Source: a phage
Assembly (NCBI GenBank): GCA_024875585.1
Contig: GCA_024875585.1_4107.1
Length of the DNA: 64,000 nucleotides
Reading direction: 5' to 3' (one strand)
Numbering within the stretch: the first letter of the stretch is position 1; each line of letters starts with the position of its first letter. The translations under genes were made by a program, and so were the position numbers. This document shows, piece by piece, positions 26,712 through 34,204 of this stretch. The notes beneath the pieces are model-generated. The model was not told where the DNA came from. It saw only the letters and a list, made by a program, of their open reading frames with translations, and ran no database searches.

Positions 26712-27074
26712 ATGGCTACTCAAATCAATAAAATTATTGCTAACCTGGTTAACTTCCGCGACGAGATGAAAGGTCTTCCGGCTGAAACGGTAAAAATTCA
26801 CATTTCAGCTTATCGGGAACTTATTGCAATGTTACCGCTTAAGCGTGAACAATACGCCGCTACCGTGATGCTTGATGCGATGATCCATAAGATGATCGCC
26901 AGTGATTTAACGATGGTTTATCAGTACATGGGCGAAAATTTCGCGGTGTCTGGTAAGCCAGTACCAGGGATGGCAACTACTGAGGAATTGCACGGTTTAA
27001 ATTTAAAACAAGATGCATGGGATAATATGCCTCGTTTCCTGGTATGGGCTGACAGTGGCAAAATTTACAAATAA
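26712..27074 (+). CDS. hypothetical protein (120 aa)
   Basis: clean ORF after promoter/hairpin; purine-rich SD agagag. Confidence 0.8.
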   Translation: MATQINKIIANLVNFRDEMKGLPAETVKIHISAYRELIAMLPLKREQYAATVMLDAMIHKMIASDLTMVYQYMGENFAVSGKPVPGMATTEELHGLNLKQDAWDNMPRFLVWADSGKIYK

Positions 27075-27088
27075 GTTTAATAAAGTAC

Positions 27089-27174
27089 TTGCATACTAAG
27101 TTAAAACAAGTATAATACTTTCTATCAGGTGCAACGGGAAGTTTTTAAACTTCCCTATAGGGGAATAGTTCCCC
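27089..27174 (+). promoter_or_regulatory. early-type promoter + tandem leader hairpins
   Basis: TTGCAT-16nt-TATAAT(27111-16); hairpin A gggaagtttttaaacttccc 27136-55; hairpin B ggggaa-tag-ttcccc 27160-74. Confidence 0.65.
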
Positions 27175-27195
27175 ACTATATAAGAGGATTAAAAA

Positions 27196-27435
27196 ATGGC
27201 TAAATCAAAAATGTTCTTAGGTCACAAAAACAAAACTCATTGGAATGTAAGCCTTTGGATTAATAACGATGAGTCATTGTACCGGTTGGCCCAGGACTTT
27301 ATTGCCGCCAACACTAATCGCAATGATGCGGCCCGTCATATGATGTTATTTTTAGAACAGACTGGACAAGATAAAACACCGGACGGATTCAAATATAGCA
27401 CTACTGCGATCCGTGCGGCGATGGTTGGAATGTAA
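27196..27435 (+). CDS. hypothetical small protein, paralog of 29228..29467
   Basis: GHKNKTHWNVSLWINNDESLYR...TPDGFKYSTTAIRAAMVGM shared with paralog. Confidence 0.85.
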   Translation: MAKSKMFLGHKNKTHWNVSLWINNDESLYRLAQDFIAANTNRNDAARHMMLFLEQTGQDKTPDGFKYSTTAIRAAMVGM

Positions 27436-27447
27436 TAGAATTTATTT

Positions 27448-27483
27448 AAAGTACTATCGCAAAAAATGATAGTACTTTATAAT
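27448..27483 (+). promoter_or_regulatory. promoter embedded in 11-bp inverted repeat
   Basis: AAAGTACTATC(27448-58)...GATAGTACTTT(27468-78) overlapping TATAAT(27478-83); weak -35 ATCGCA. Confidence 0.5.
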
Positions 27484-27520
27484 AGTGTTTTATTCATACA
27501 CCAACGATAAGGGCAACAGC

Positions 27521-27787
27521 ATGAATATTAAGTATTTTGCGACGCGTGAACAAGCTCGGAAGGCGGCGAAAGTGGAAGGTGCAACGTTTAAAGATATGGG
27601 CATACAATCGGAACGTGGTAAACGTTGGGCCATTGTAAAGCGTAGTACAGCCAGATCATTACAGTACTGGCTATCAGCTTTAAAAAGTCCTGATAGTGTA
27701 TCGCGTCGAGTGGTAGAAATAAAGCTCGACCGTAAGGGGAATCGTGTTACCGTGTACCGTACTAAAAAGATTGCAGTGCTTGAATAA
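27521..27787 (+). CDS. hypothetical small protein, paralog of 39641..40036
   Basis: MNIKYFATREQARKAAKVEGATFKDMG...DRKGNRVTVYRTKK shared pattern; ATG 27521. Confidence 0.8.
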   Translation: MNIKYFATREQARKAAKVEGATFKDMGIQSERGKRWAIVKRSTARSLQYWLSALKSPDSVSRRVVEIKLDRKGNRVTVYRTKKIAVLE

Positions 27788-27794
27788 AAAGTAC

Positions 27795-27853
27795 TTGCAA
27801 ACTATGTTTAATGGCGTATAATGTTTTACATCGAGAGCGGGAACACTTCCCGC
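27795..27853 (+). promoter_or_regulatory. early-type promoter + leader hairpin
   Basis: TTGCAA(27795-800)-16nt-TATAAT(27817-22); gcgggaa-cac-ttcccgc 27837-53. Confidence 0.65.
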
Positions 27854-27873
27854 CTATAACCTGGAGTAATAAA

Positions 27874-28104
27874 ATGACTAATATGTATATGACTGAAGTT
27901 AAAACCGTAAAAGATACTACCACTAATAAAACTACTTACTTACAGCGGATCTGTGGTGTATGGCAACGTATCAGCAAATCAAAGTACTTTAAATTAACAT
28001 CATATGCCAATCGTTCGGATTCATTCAGTACTGAAATAAAAGGTAATAAAGTACACCAATACGGCACTTATTATTATTATAGCCTGGCCGCGATTGCAGT
28101 ATAA
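27874..28104 (+). CDS. hypothetical small protein (76 aa)
   Basis: ATG 27874 after ctggag; the track start 27811 lies in the promoter. Confidence 0.7.
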   Translation: MTNMYMTEVKTVKDTTTNKTTYLQRICGVWQRISKSKYFKLTSYANRSDSFSTEIKGNKVHQYGTYYYYSLAAIAV

Positions 28105-28134
28105 GTAGTTTACAAATCTTTACAATTGCCGGTA

Positions 28135-28225
28135 TTGACTTAAAATGTCAGTACTGGCATAATGTATCTATTGAAACGAACAATTTGGCCCACGGGGTGC
28201 GGGAGTGTATCTATAGAAAAAGTAG
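28135..28225 (+). ncRNA. candidate small-RNA unit, rightward member of a convergent pair
   Basis: TTGACT(28135-40)-17nt-CATAAT(28158-63), then gtatctattgaaacgaacaatttggCCCACGGGGTGCGGGAGTGTATCtatag; no ORF. Confidence 0.35.
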
Positions 28226-28308
28226 TTTAGTACAGTTACAATTGTGCACCCGGTGGGTTAGCTGTTGTCATGGGATATATTATACCAGTACTGGATAGTG
28301 CTGTCAAT
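28226..28308 (-). ncRNA. candidate small-RNA unit, leftward member of a convergent pair
   Basis: minus reading TTGACA(28308-03)-18nt-TATAAT(28284-79), then atatcccatgacaacagctaaCCCACCGGGTGCacaattg. Confidence 0.35.
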
Positions 28309-28352
28309 ACCTTTTTACTATTCAGTACTGAAAACTATTTGATAAAAAGTAC

Positions 28353-28380
28353 TTGCAAACTATGTTTAAAGGCGTATAAT
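28353..28380 (+). promoter_or_regulatory. early-type promoter driving structured leader
   Basis: TTGCAA(28353-58)-16nt-TATAAT(28375-80); upstream ttcagtactgaa palindrome. Confidence 0.6.
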
Positions 28381-28386
28381 GTTTTA

Positions 28387-28466
28387 CATCAGGACGGGGA
28401 ATGAAATAAGTAACTTCCCGTTAAGTAGCCCAGGAGTAAGGCATACGAAAAACTCCCCTGATAAAA
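28387..28466 (+). ncRNA. structured leader / candidate RNA motif (three-way junction), copy 1
   Basis: P1 atcagg/cctgat, P2 acgggga/ttcccgt, P3 ggagt/actcc, helices abutting; near-identical copy at 38447. Confidence 0.45.
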
Positions 28467-28470
28467 TAGT

Positions 28471-28498
28471 TTGACAATTGTTTTTAAAAGCGTATAAT
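28471..28498 (+). promoter_or_regulatory. second sigma70-type promoter after the structured leader
   Basis: TTGACA(28471-76)-16nt-TATAAT(28493-98). Confidence 0.55.
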
Positions 28499-28530
28499 AC
28501 TTACATCAACTACTGAATGAGGGTTACAAA

Positions 28531-29142
28531 ATGAAAACTATCACTACTACTACTTATGTTATGGATTTTTCTGAATTGAACGCAGAACAAAAAACGTCAG
28601 CTATCGAACTGGTTCGGGAACGTGAAAAAAACTTAAACGACGATTATTTTTCTGAAAGTGAAATTGAATACTATAAAGAAACAGTATTGCCGGAATATGG
28701 CATTAATGAAGCTGAAATACAATTCAGTGGTTTTTGGTCGCAGGGTGACGGTGCATCAATTAGTACTGACCACGTTGACGCAGTGAAGTTTTTACGTAAG
28801 GTAAGAGCATTAACTAAGTATCGCTCAATCCGTCACCTGCTGAATGAAGATGATTTGGCGATGAGTGTAAAGCGTTCTCACTCCCGCTACTCACATGAGA
28901 ACACTGTAAGCGGGTACATTGAATCGGCTTACACTGATTTAACCGCAAAACAAGAAACGTTAGTTAATGAGCTTGAGGAACTACTCACTGATACTATTCG
29001 TGAATTATCCCGCAAGTTGTACCGTGATTTAGAAAATGCATATGAGGATCAATTCACTACTGAAAACATCGTATCACTGATTGAGGGTAACGAATATCAA
29101 TTCAATGTTATTGATGGCGTAGTAGAATCAATTGCATATTAA
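28531..29142 (+). CDS. hypothetical acidic protein (203 aa)
   Basis: SD tgaggg; contains FSGFWSQGDGASISTD motif that I cannot place in a family. Confidence 0.85.
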   Translation: MKTITTTTYVMDFSELNAEQKTSAIELVREREKNLNDDYFSESEIEYYKETVLPEYGINEAEIQFSGFWSQGDGASISTDHVDAVKFLRKVRALTKYRSIRHLLNEDDLAMSVKRSHSRYSHENTVSGYIESAYTDLTAKQETLVNELEELLTDTIRELSRKLYRDLENAYEDQFTTENIVSLIEGNEYQFNVIDGVVESIAY

Positions 29143-29149
29143 AAAGTAC

Positions 29150-29209
29150 TTGCAAACTAAGTTTAAAAGCGTATAATACTTTATATCGAGGCGGGGAATG
29201 GTTCCCCGC
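29150..29209 (+). promoter_or_regulatory. early-type promoter + leader hairpin
   Basis: TTGCAA(29150-55)-16nt-TATAAT(29172-77); gcggggaa-tgg-ttccccgc 29191-209. Confidence 0.65.
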
Positions 29210-29227
29210 TCAAACGAGGATTTAAAA

Positions 29228-29467
29228 ATGGCTAGTACTAAAACTTACAACGGACACAAAAACAAAACTCATTGGAATGTAAGCCTTTGGATCAATAACG
29301 ATGAATCATTGTACCGGATTGCTCAAAATTGCATCGCTCAAAGTAAAACGAAAGATATTGCAGCGGAATTTATGTACCGCAGATTAAAAGCCAACGGTAT
29401 TACTACAACGCCGGACGGATTCAAGTATAGCACTACGGCGATCCGTGCTGCAATGGTTGGAATGTAA
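29228..29467 (+). CDS. hypothetical small protein, paralog of 27196..27435
   Basis: ATG 29228 after cgagga; NGHKNKTHWNVSLWINNDESLYR...AIRAAMVGM. Confidence 0.85.
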   Translation: MASTKTYNGHKNKTHWNVSLWINNDESLYRIAQNCIAQSKTKDIAAEFMYRRLKANGITTTPDGFKYSTTAIRAAMVGM

Positions 29468-29486
29468 TATTCAGTACTATAACAAT

Positions 29487-29506
29487 GGCGGGGAATAGTT
29501 CCCGCC
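29487..29506 (+). promoter_or_regulatory. GGGAA/TTCCC hairpin between genes
   Basis: ggcggggaa-tag-ttcccgcc followed by ttta. Confidence 0.45.
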
Positions 29507-29524
29507 TTTACTAAGGGTTATCTA

Positions 29525-29806
29525 ATGAGTAAAGTAATAAAGTACAATGTGTTAAGCAAATCATTGTCTATCAGTGAATGCACCGATGGTTTTTGGCTGT
29601 ACGATGAAACGCGTGGCATGAATTTAGCTATGCAGGAGAAAACTGCTGATGCGGCATATCTTAAAGCACTGGAATACTACCAGAAGCGTTTAACGGAAGT
29701 AGAAAACGATTATAATAACCTTAAAGCGAAAGTGGATAATTTCGTTGGTCAATTCGTTGACGATGACGAGGGGCACTACTGCGACCGTTGTGGATCTTAC
29801 AGTTAA
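29525..29806 (+). CDS. hypothetical protein (93 aa)
   Basis: SD taaggg; C-terminal HYCDRCGSYS. Confidence 0.75.
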   Translation: MSKVIKYNVLSKSLSISECTDGFWLYDETRGMNLAMQEKTADAAYLKALEYYQKRLTEVENDYNNLKAKVDNFVGQFVDDDEGHYCDRCGSYS

Positions 29807-29823
29807 GTACTAAGGATTATATA

Positions 29824-30027
29824 ATGAGTGATTTAATTGAACGTATCAAAGAGCTTGAAGAAAAAGAATTGCAGTTGATCGGTTTACAGAATAAAATCTA
29901 TCATGATTTGGGGAGTTTTATCAATGCGTGGGATAATGGCGATCCTGATGCGTTACCTGCTAACCGCCAGGCAATGATCAATGATGTGCGTGGTGTCTTT
30001 GAGTATGTTTTAAAGCAATTAAATTAA
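29824..30027 (+). CDS. hypothetical small protein (67 aa, coiled-coil-like)
   Basis: ATG 29824 after taagga. Confidence 0.7.
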   Translation: MSDLIERIKELEEKELQLIGLQNKIYHDLGSFINAWDNGDPDALPANRQAMINDVRGVFEYVLKQLN

Positions 30028-30036
30028 AAAAAGTAC

Positions 30037-30096
30037 TTGCAATTAGTTTTTAGTACTGTATAATGTTTTACATAGAGGGGAGAAATGGTTCTCCCT
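30037..30096 (+). promoter_or_regulatory. early-type promoter + leader hairpin
   Basis: AGTACTTGCAA-16nt-tAGTACTGTATAAT(30059-64); aggggagaa-atgg-ttctccct 30076-96. Confidence 0.65.
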
Positions 30097-30114
30097 GGTA
30101 ATGAGGAAAATACA

Positions 30115-30336
30115 ATGGCTAATATCACTACTCTTTCTCAACTGGAAGCACTGGTTAAATCTATGCGGGAACATGCCGACAAAATCGGCGTAAAAGATCC
30201 AGCCGTTTGCTTCTGCGACGAAATGAATGATGATACATTGGTAATAGCAGAAGTTCAGGACGTTTCTAACTATTCATCGCGTTACACTGGCGGCGTAGCA
30301 AATAAAGGTGACTTCTGTTTATACCTTACAAAATAA
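30115..30336 (+). CDS. hypothetical small protein (73 aa)
   Basis: ATG 30115 after tgaggaa. Confidence 0.75.
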   Translation: MANITTLSQLEALVKSMREHADKIGVKDPAVCFCDEMNDDTLVIAEVQDVSNYSSRYTGGVANKGDFCLYLTK

Positions 30337-30341
30337 CAACG

Positions 30342-30368
30342 AGGGGATCAATTGATCCCCTTTCTTTT
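30342..30368 (+). terminator. intrinsic terminator
   Basis: aggggatca-at-tgatcccct + tttcttttt. Confidence 0.7.
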
Positions 30369-30371
30369 TCA

Positions 30372-30469
30372 GTACTGAATAATTTAATAGACGGATCTAT
30401 GCACCCGGTGGGTTAGTGACTGTTTCGTCTTTATGTAGTAATTATGCCAGTACTGGATGCACTTGTCAA
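30372..30469 (-). ncRNA. candidate small-RNA unit (own leftward promoter + CCCAC-core transcript)
   Basis: minus reading TTGACA(30469-64)-17nt-CATAAT(30446-41), then tactacataaagacgaaacagtcactaaCCCACCGGGTGCatagatccgtcta...; runs into the palindromic terminator at 30342. Confidence 0.35.
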
Positions 30470-30502
30470 CAACTATTTTTCAAATACTTTTTATTAAAAT
30501 AC

Positions 30503-30556
30503 TTGCAATTAGTTTTTAAACGCGTATAATGTTTTGCATAGGGGGAGCGGTTCCCC
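30503..30556 (+). promoter_or_regulatory. early-type promoter + leader hairpin
   Basis: TTGCAA(30503-08)-16nt-TATAAT(30525-30); gggga-gcggt-tcccc 30541-56. Confidence 0.6.
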
Positions 30557-30577
30557 TGGTAACTAAGGAATAAGAAA

Positions 30578-30814
30578 ATGGTCGAACAAATCAAATCAAC
30601 GTCTTCGAATGTAACGGGAACGGTAGCACACTTTACTTGTGATGAATCGCGGGGCGTTCCCTATTGTGCTGTACATGTAAACACTGAGGGTAACTACTGG
30701 TTTACGGTTTACGGATCATATTCATTTGGACGGCCAGGGCATCAAAAAATTCTGGATAAAGTACAACCAACGGGTAAAAATATCACTGCCGAAATGTTTT
30801 ATAAAAACAAATAA
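30578..30814 (+). CDS. hypothetical small protein (78 aa)
   Basis: SD taagga. Confidence 0.8.
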   Translation: MVEQIKSTSSNVTGTVAHFTCDESRGVPYCAVHVNTEGNYWFTVYGSYSFGRPGHQKILDKVQPTGKNITAEMFYKNK

Positions 30815-30831
30815 AAGTACTTGATAATAGT

Positions 30832-30888
30832 TTGACTATGTATTACAGTACTGTATAATAGATACATAAGGGGCGAATAGTTTGCCCC
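30832..30888 (+). promoter_or_regulatory. sigma70-type promoter + leader hairpin
   Basis: TTGACT(30832-37)-16nt-TATAAT(30854-59); ggggcgaa-tag-tttgcccc 30870-88. Confidence 0.6.
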
Positions 30889-30908
30889 TAGTACAAAGGG
30901 GAAACATT

Positions 30909-31139
30909 ATGCCAGGCCGAATAGTTTTACTTAACGCTGGAAGTACTACACAACTCCTTAACGCCGTGTATTATGATATTGAAACGAGCGTCAATCTTAT
31001 CAGTACTGTAGTATTGTTGGACACTGGAAAGGTCGCAAATGATAAAGCGATTGCAGGTATACTAACGGATCTTAAACCAGGTTGCAGTACTCCAATAACT
31101 TTAAATGATAAAGTGTTTAATATTTTACTAACTGATTAA
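30909..31139 (+). CDS. hypothetical small protein (76 aa)
   Basis: ATG 30909 after aaagggga. Confidence 0.7.
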   Translation: MPGRIVLLNAGSTTQLLNAVYYDIETSVNLISTVVLLDTGKVANDKAIAGILTDLKPGCSTPITLNDKVFNILLTD

Positions 31140-31145
31140 GTACAT

Positions 31146-31168
31146 AGCCCACCTGGTGGGCTTTTTTG
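31146..31168 (+). terminator. intrinsic terminator
   Basis: agcccac-ctg-gtgggct + tttttt. Confidence 0.75.
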
Positions 31169-31211
31169 TTTTTGTAGTACTGCATACTTTGAAAATAGTT
31201 TTAAAAAAGTA

Positions 31212-31239
31212 GTTGACATTACCGCAAAAAGGCGTAGAA
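31212..31239 (+). promoter_or_regulatory. sigma70-type promoter
   Basis: TTGACA(31212-17)-16nt-TAGAAT(31234-39). Confidence 0.55.
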
Positions 31240-31245
31240 TGTATT

Positions 31246-31330
31246 ACATCAAGACGGGGAGCACTAAGTAGACCGCCAGTAAGTCGAACGAAAAACTGGA
31301 CACGTCGAGAAAACTTTGATACACTAACTA
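31246..31330 (+). ncRNA. structured leader, diverged third copy of the 28387/38447 motif
   Basis: keeps ctaagtagacc and acgaaaaa; P3 is ccagt/actgg instead of ggagt/actcc; P1 atcaag/ctttgat. Confidence 0.35.
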
Positions 31331-31363
31331 ACATAAACTAAACTTTAATTGAGGATTTATAAA

Positions 31364-31846
31364 ATGGCTAATGTAAAATCATTTCTGAAAGCACTGATTT
31401 CTAACGATACTGCTATTGCTGCTGAATTGCTGGCGGATCTGGATAGCGATACCATGAAAGCGGTACGCAACAATTTTAACATTGCGTACAGTGAAGCTAA
31501 AGAACTGCAAGCCAAAAAGATAGCAGAACTGGAAGAACAGAAAAAAGCCCGTGAAGAAGAATTACAAGCAACTATTGAAAGTATTCAGGCGGCGGTTGCA
31601 GGGTTGGATCTGGATGTAGTTGTAGAAATGGCACATAAAGCCCTGGCAGTTAAGTACGGTGAAGATAAGCCAGTATCTAAACCTAAAAAATGGATTCAGG
31701 AACGCGTAACGGTTGTTCTTGATAATGGCGAGGAACATTTAATTCCCGTGCGTGGTAACTGCATTGCGGTAGTTCTGGATGCTATCAAAGAAAGCGGATT
31801 GACTCGCGAGGAATGGATCGAAGCTCACCGCAAGATTGAAGCATAA
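31364..31846 (+). CDS. hypothetical protein (160 aa, helical/coiled-coil middle)
   Basis: ATG 31364 after tgagga. Confidence 0.8.
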   Translation: MANVKSFLKALISNDTAIAAELLADLDSDTMKAVRNNFNIAYSEAKELQAKKIAELEEQKKAREEELQATIESIQAAVAGLDLDVVVEMAHKALAVKYGEDKPVSKPKKWIQERVTVVLDNGEEHLIPVRGNCIAVVLDAIKESGLTREEWIEAHRKIEA

Positions 31847-31867
31847 CAATTAAAGTACTGAATCAAT

Positions 31868-31895
31868 AGCCCACTTTTTATAGTGGGCTTTTTTG
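31868..31895 (+). terminator. intrinsic terminator
   Basis: agcccact-ttttat-agtgggct + tttttt. Confidence 0.75.
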
Positions 31896-32049
31896 TGCTT
31901 ATCGTTTACCATGCCACCAGCACCGCCTAGAATCGATTCTAACGCATTAAACTGATTATCTGATGAATCGCCCTAGCTGGTGGCGTTAATGCCGTTAGAA
32001 CGCGATTGAGGATGTTTAAAGTATTTTTGCAAAAAGTAATAAAAAGTAC

Positions 32050-32077
32050 TTGCACGATTAAGAGATTAGAGTATAAT
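32050..32077 (+). promoter_or_regulatory. early-type promoter
   Basis: AGTACTTGCAC-16nt-TATAAT(32072-77). Confidence 0.6.
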
Positions 32078-32122
32078 TAATTACATCAAGACAAGACACC
32101 TTAACTAACTGAGGATATAAAG

Positions 32123-32275
32123 ATGAATACTTATGAACTGGATTGTTTTACTTTACAAGTAATGTCAGTATGCAGTAAAAAAGATTGGTCATCAAAGGAA
32201 TTTAAAGCAGTTATTGCGTGTGCAAAACACGGCAAGACTATCAATGAAACGGCATCAATCATTGATAAACTTTAA
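32123..32275 (+). CDS. hypothetical small protein (50 aa; below cutoff), paralog of 36122..36265
   Basis: ATG 32123 after tgagga; ...HGKTINETASIIDKL resembles ...DGKSVKDTVKIIRKM. Confidence 0.55.
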   Translation: MNTYELDCFTLQVMSVCSKKDWSSKEFKAVIACAKHGKTINETASIIDKL

Positions 32276-32283
32276 AAAATAGT

Positions 32284-32312
32284 TTGACAATAGTTTTAAG
32301 TACTGCGATAAT
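32284..32312 (+). promoter_or_regulatory. sigma70-type promoter
   Basis: TTGACA(32284-89)-17nt-GATAAT(32307-12). Confidence 0.55.
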
Positions 32313-32345
32313 ACATACATCAACTACTGAATAGGAATAAAAACA

Positions 32346-32573
32346 ATGGCTATCGTAATCACTCGCGTAACTGGTACTACTGGCACTGCTTCAACTGTTG
32401 CTGTAATTACTAATAAGAAAGGTGCAGAATTACATTTTGCAATGGATAAATGGGCCGTTAATGAGTTTGGTCAGTGGGCAAGTGTAGAATACATTGAAAC
32501 CTATCAAGTGCCATCGATTAGCTTAACTGATTTAGGTGTAGAACGTATCCTTTGTCTGGATGAATTAAATTAA
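32346..32573 (+). CDS. hypothetical small protein (75 aa)
   Basis: SD tagga; MAIVITR.. N-terminus like 32886 and 35841. Confidence 0.75.
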   Translation: MAIVITRVTGTTGTASTVAVITNKKGAELHFAMDKWAVNEFGQWASVEYIETYQVPSISLTDLGVERILCLDELN

Positions 32574-32581
32574 AAAAGTAC

Positions 32582-32642
32582 TTGCAAAGTAAATCGAATA
32601 AAGTATAATACATTACATCAAGGGGAGAAAATGGTTCTCCCC
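32582..32642 (+). promoter_or_regulatory. early-type promoter + leader hairpin
   Basis: TTGCAA(32582-87)-16nt-TATAAT(32604-09); ggggagaa-aatgg-ttctcccc 32622-42. Confidence 0.65.
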
Positions 32643-32660
32643 ACTAAGAGGAAACTAAAA

Positions 32661-32804
32661 ATGAAAACTTGTCAATGTGGTAAAAAATCTATTACTGGTT
32701 TGAAACGGGGCGTTTCACTTTGCCAGTACCATTATAATTTACAAGTATGGGGTAAAGAATGGGCCGACCAGGTTGAAGCATCAAAGAAAGCAAAAAGTAA
32801 GTAA
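32661..32804 (+). CDS. hypothetical Cys-rich small protein (47 aa; below cutoff)
   Basis: ATG 32661 after aagagga; MKTCQCGKK...SLCQYHYN. Confidence 0.55.
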   Translation: MKTCQCGKKSITGLKRGVSLCQYHYNLQVWGKEWADQVEASKKAKSK

Positions 32805-32805
32805 A

Positions 32806-32885
32806 ATTATTATCACAGTACTATTGACATAGATTGATAGTACTGGCATAATAGATTTTATCAAGACAACTAAGAGGAAATTAAA
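32806..32885 (+). repeat. about 80-bp promoter cassette, copy 1 of 4
   Basis: tatcaCAGTACTATTGACAtagattgATAGTACTGgCATAATagattttatcaagacaactaagaggaaattaaa; TTGACA 32824-29, CATAAT 32847-52; 9-bp inverted arms 32816-24 / 32837-45. Confidence 0.7.
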
Positions 32886-33098
32886 ATGGCTATCATTATT
32901 AAAAACAAAGTTAATAAGACTATCGTTAAACTGGCAGAAGTGAAAGAAGGTTATAAAGTATCTTGGGAGGGTTTTTATCGGACGTTTACTGATATTGACG
33001 ATGCAATCAATTACTACACTGATACGGTTAAAAACTTTGTTCGTGCTGATGTGGTTATGGCAGTGGCAACATATAAAGCATCAAAAGAAAGTAAGTAA
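32886..33098 (+). CDS. hypothetical small protein (70 aa), paralog of 35841..36020
   Basis: MAIIIKNK...FYRTFTDIDDAINYYTDTVKNF vs MAIIAKTE...YVREYETVDEAFESYIRQVNKA. Confidence 0.8.
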   Translation: MAIIIKNKVNKTIVKLAEVKEGYKVSWEGFYRTFTDIDDAINYYTDTVKNFVRADVVMAVATYKASKESK

Positions 33099-33100
33099 AA

Positions 33101-33180
33101 AATATTATCACAGTACTATTGACATAGATTGATAGTACTGGCATAATAGATTTTATCAAGACAACTAAGAGGAAATTAAA
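33101..33180 (+). repeat. promoter cassette, copy 2 of 4
   Basis: near-identical to 32806-32885; TTGACA 33119-24, CATAAT 33142-47. Confidence 0.7.
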
Positions 33181-33525
33181 ATGGCTAACATCAATACTAT
33201 AGCAGCACAAAATATCAACCTGTCTTCTGTTGAAGTTGTACACATTGCCGCCCGGCGTTGGTTCCAGGCGTCTTATGGTAATACGTATTTCTCTTTAACG
33301 GTAGATGTTGAAATCAATGGCGAATTTATTGAAGTAGTAAACGTGCCGTTCCAATATGGCTACGGGGATCATTTTGACACTGTAGCAATGGAAGAATTAA
33401 GCAAGGTTATTAATATGGAAGGTAAAGAGTTTTTACGCGGTTCTTATCTTTCCCGTTTTTGCCGTGATAATAATATTACTGTTTATAGTTCTGTTAGTGA
33501 TGTTAAACGCAAAAAAGATCTTTAA
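33181..33525 (+). CDS. hypothetical protein (114 aa), paralog of 39222..39545
   Basis: YGNTYFSL..V..FQYGYGDHF...DVKRKKDL vs NGNTYHSC..FTYGYGTQG...DVKRKKDM. Confidence 0.85.
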   Translation: MANINTIAAQNINLSSVEVVHIAARRWFQASYGNTYFSLTVDVEINGEFIEVVNVPFQYGYGDHFDTVAMEELSKVINMEGKEFLRGSYLSRFCRDNNITVYSSVSDVKRKKDL

Positions 33526-33605
33526 TTAGCTTTACTTTATGCAGATACTTTGATACAGTGTCTGCATAGGGGAAAGAAATTAAATCAACTTAAGAGGATA
33601 GTAAA

Positions 33606-33875
33606 ATGAAAAATATCAGTACTTTAATCGATGCAGGTACACATGTTCGTCGGTCTATGGTTGCAACCAGTTCTACAAAACAAGTAGCGAGCGGTTATCT
33701 TGTATTTGTGCACGATGGTAAACTCCTGGAACGTTCAATCAATTTTGATGTTAAAAACAATTGCCGTTTTATTATCTTTAAGCGTGAGCAATATAAAATT
33801 GATTTACCAGCGAAGCCCATTAGTGGGGCGTACAACGTTCAATCATTGTTTGAGCGTCAACCATACACCTATTAA
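33606..33875 (+). CDS. hypothetical protein (89 aa)
   Basis: SD taagagga. Confidence 0.75.
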   Translation: MKNISTLIDAGTHVRRSMVATSSTKQVASGYLVFVHDGKLLERSINFDVKNNCRFIIFKREQYKIDLPAKPISGAYNVQSLFERQPYTY

Positions 33876-33926
33876 TCAAAACAACGTTAGCGGTCGATTT
33901 AGGCCGCTTATACTGGGGATTATATA

Positions 33927-34199
33927 ATGAATACTAATCAAGTACTGAATGAGATTGAAAGCATCATTAAACCGATGAAGCGTACTGATGCTATGTTAAC
34001 ACCGGAAGAATGCCGCCTTTATGAGCGTTACAGCGTCGAACAAGTCCAGGCAATGGCTATGGCTACCCCAGCCGTTAAACAGCCTGAGAACGCGTTACAG
34101 GACGTTACAGGGGATTATATCATCAATCCAGTACTAGGGAAGATGGAAGCAATCACCGAAGAACAAAAAGACTACTTAAGCCAGTACTTAAAAGGTTAA
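33927..34199 (+). CDS. hypothetical protein (90 aa)
   Basis: SD tgggga. Confidence 0.7.
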   Translation: MNTNQVLNEIESIIKPMKRTDAMLTPEECRLYERYSVEQVQAMAMATPAVKQPENALQDVTGDYIINPVLGKMEAITEEQKDYLSQYLKG

Positions 34200-34204
34200 T
34201 TAAT

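Noticed and set aside
26262-28263. Inverted CCCAC-core pairs as terminal inverted repeats of a miniature transposable element
   Set aside because: There are no flanking target-site duplications and no transposase. Each arm is associated with its own promoter, which fits transcription units better. This cannot be fully excluded without comparative data.
28387-28466. Hammerhead or other known self-cleaving ribozyme for the three-way-junction leader
   Set aside because: The junction strands lack the CUGAUGA and GAAA core. CUGAU occurs only inside helix P1.
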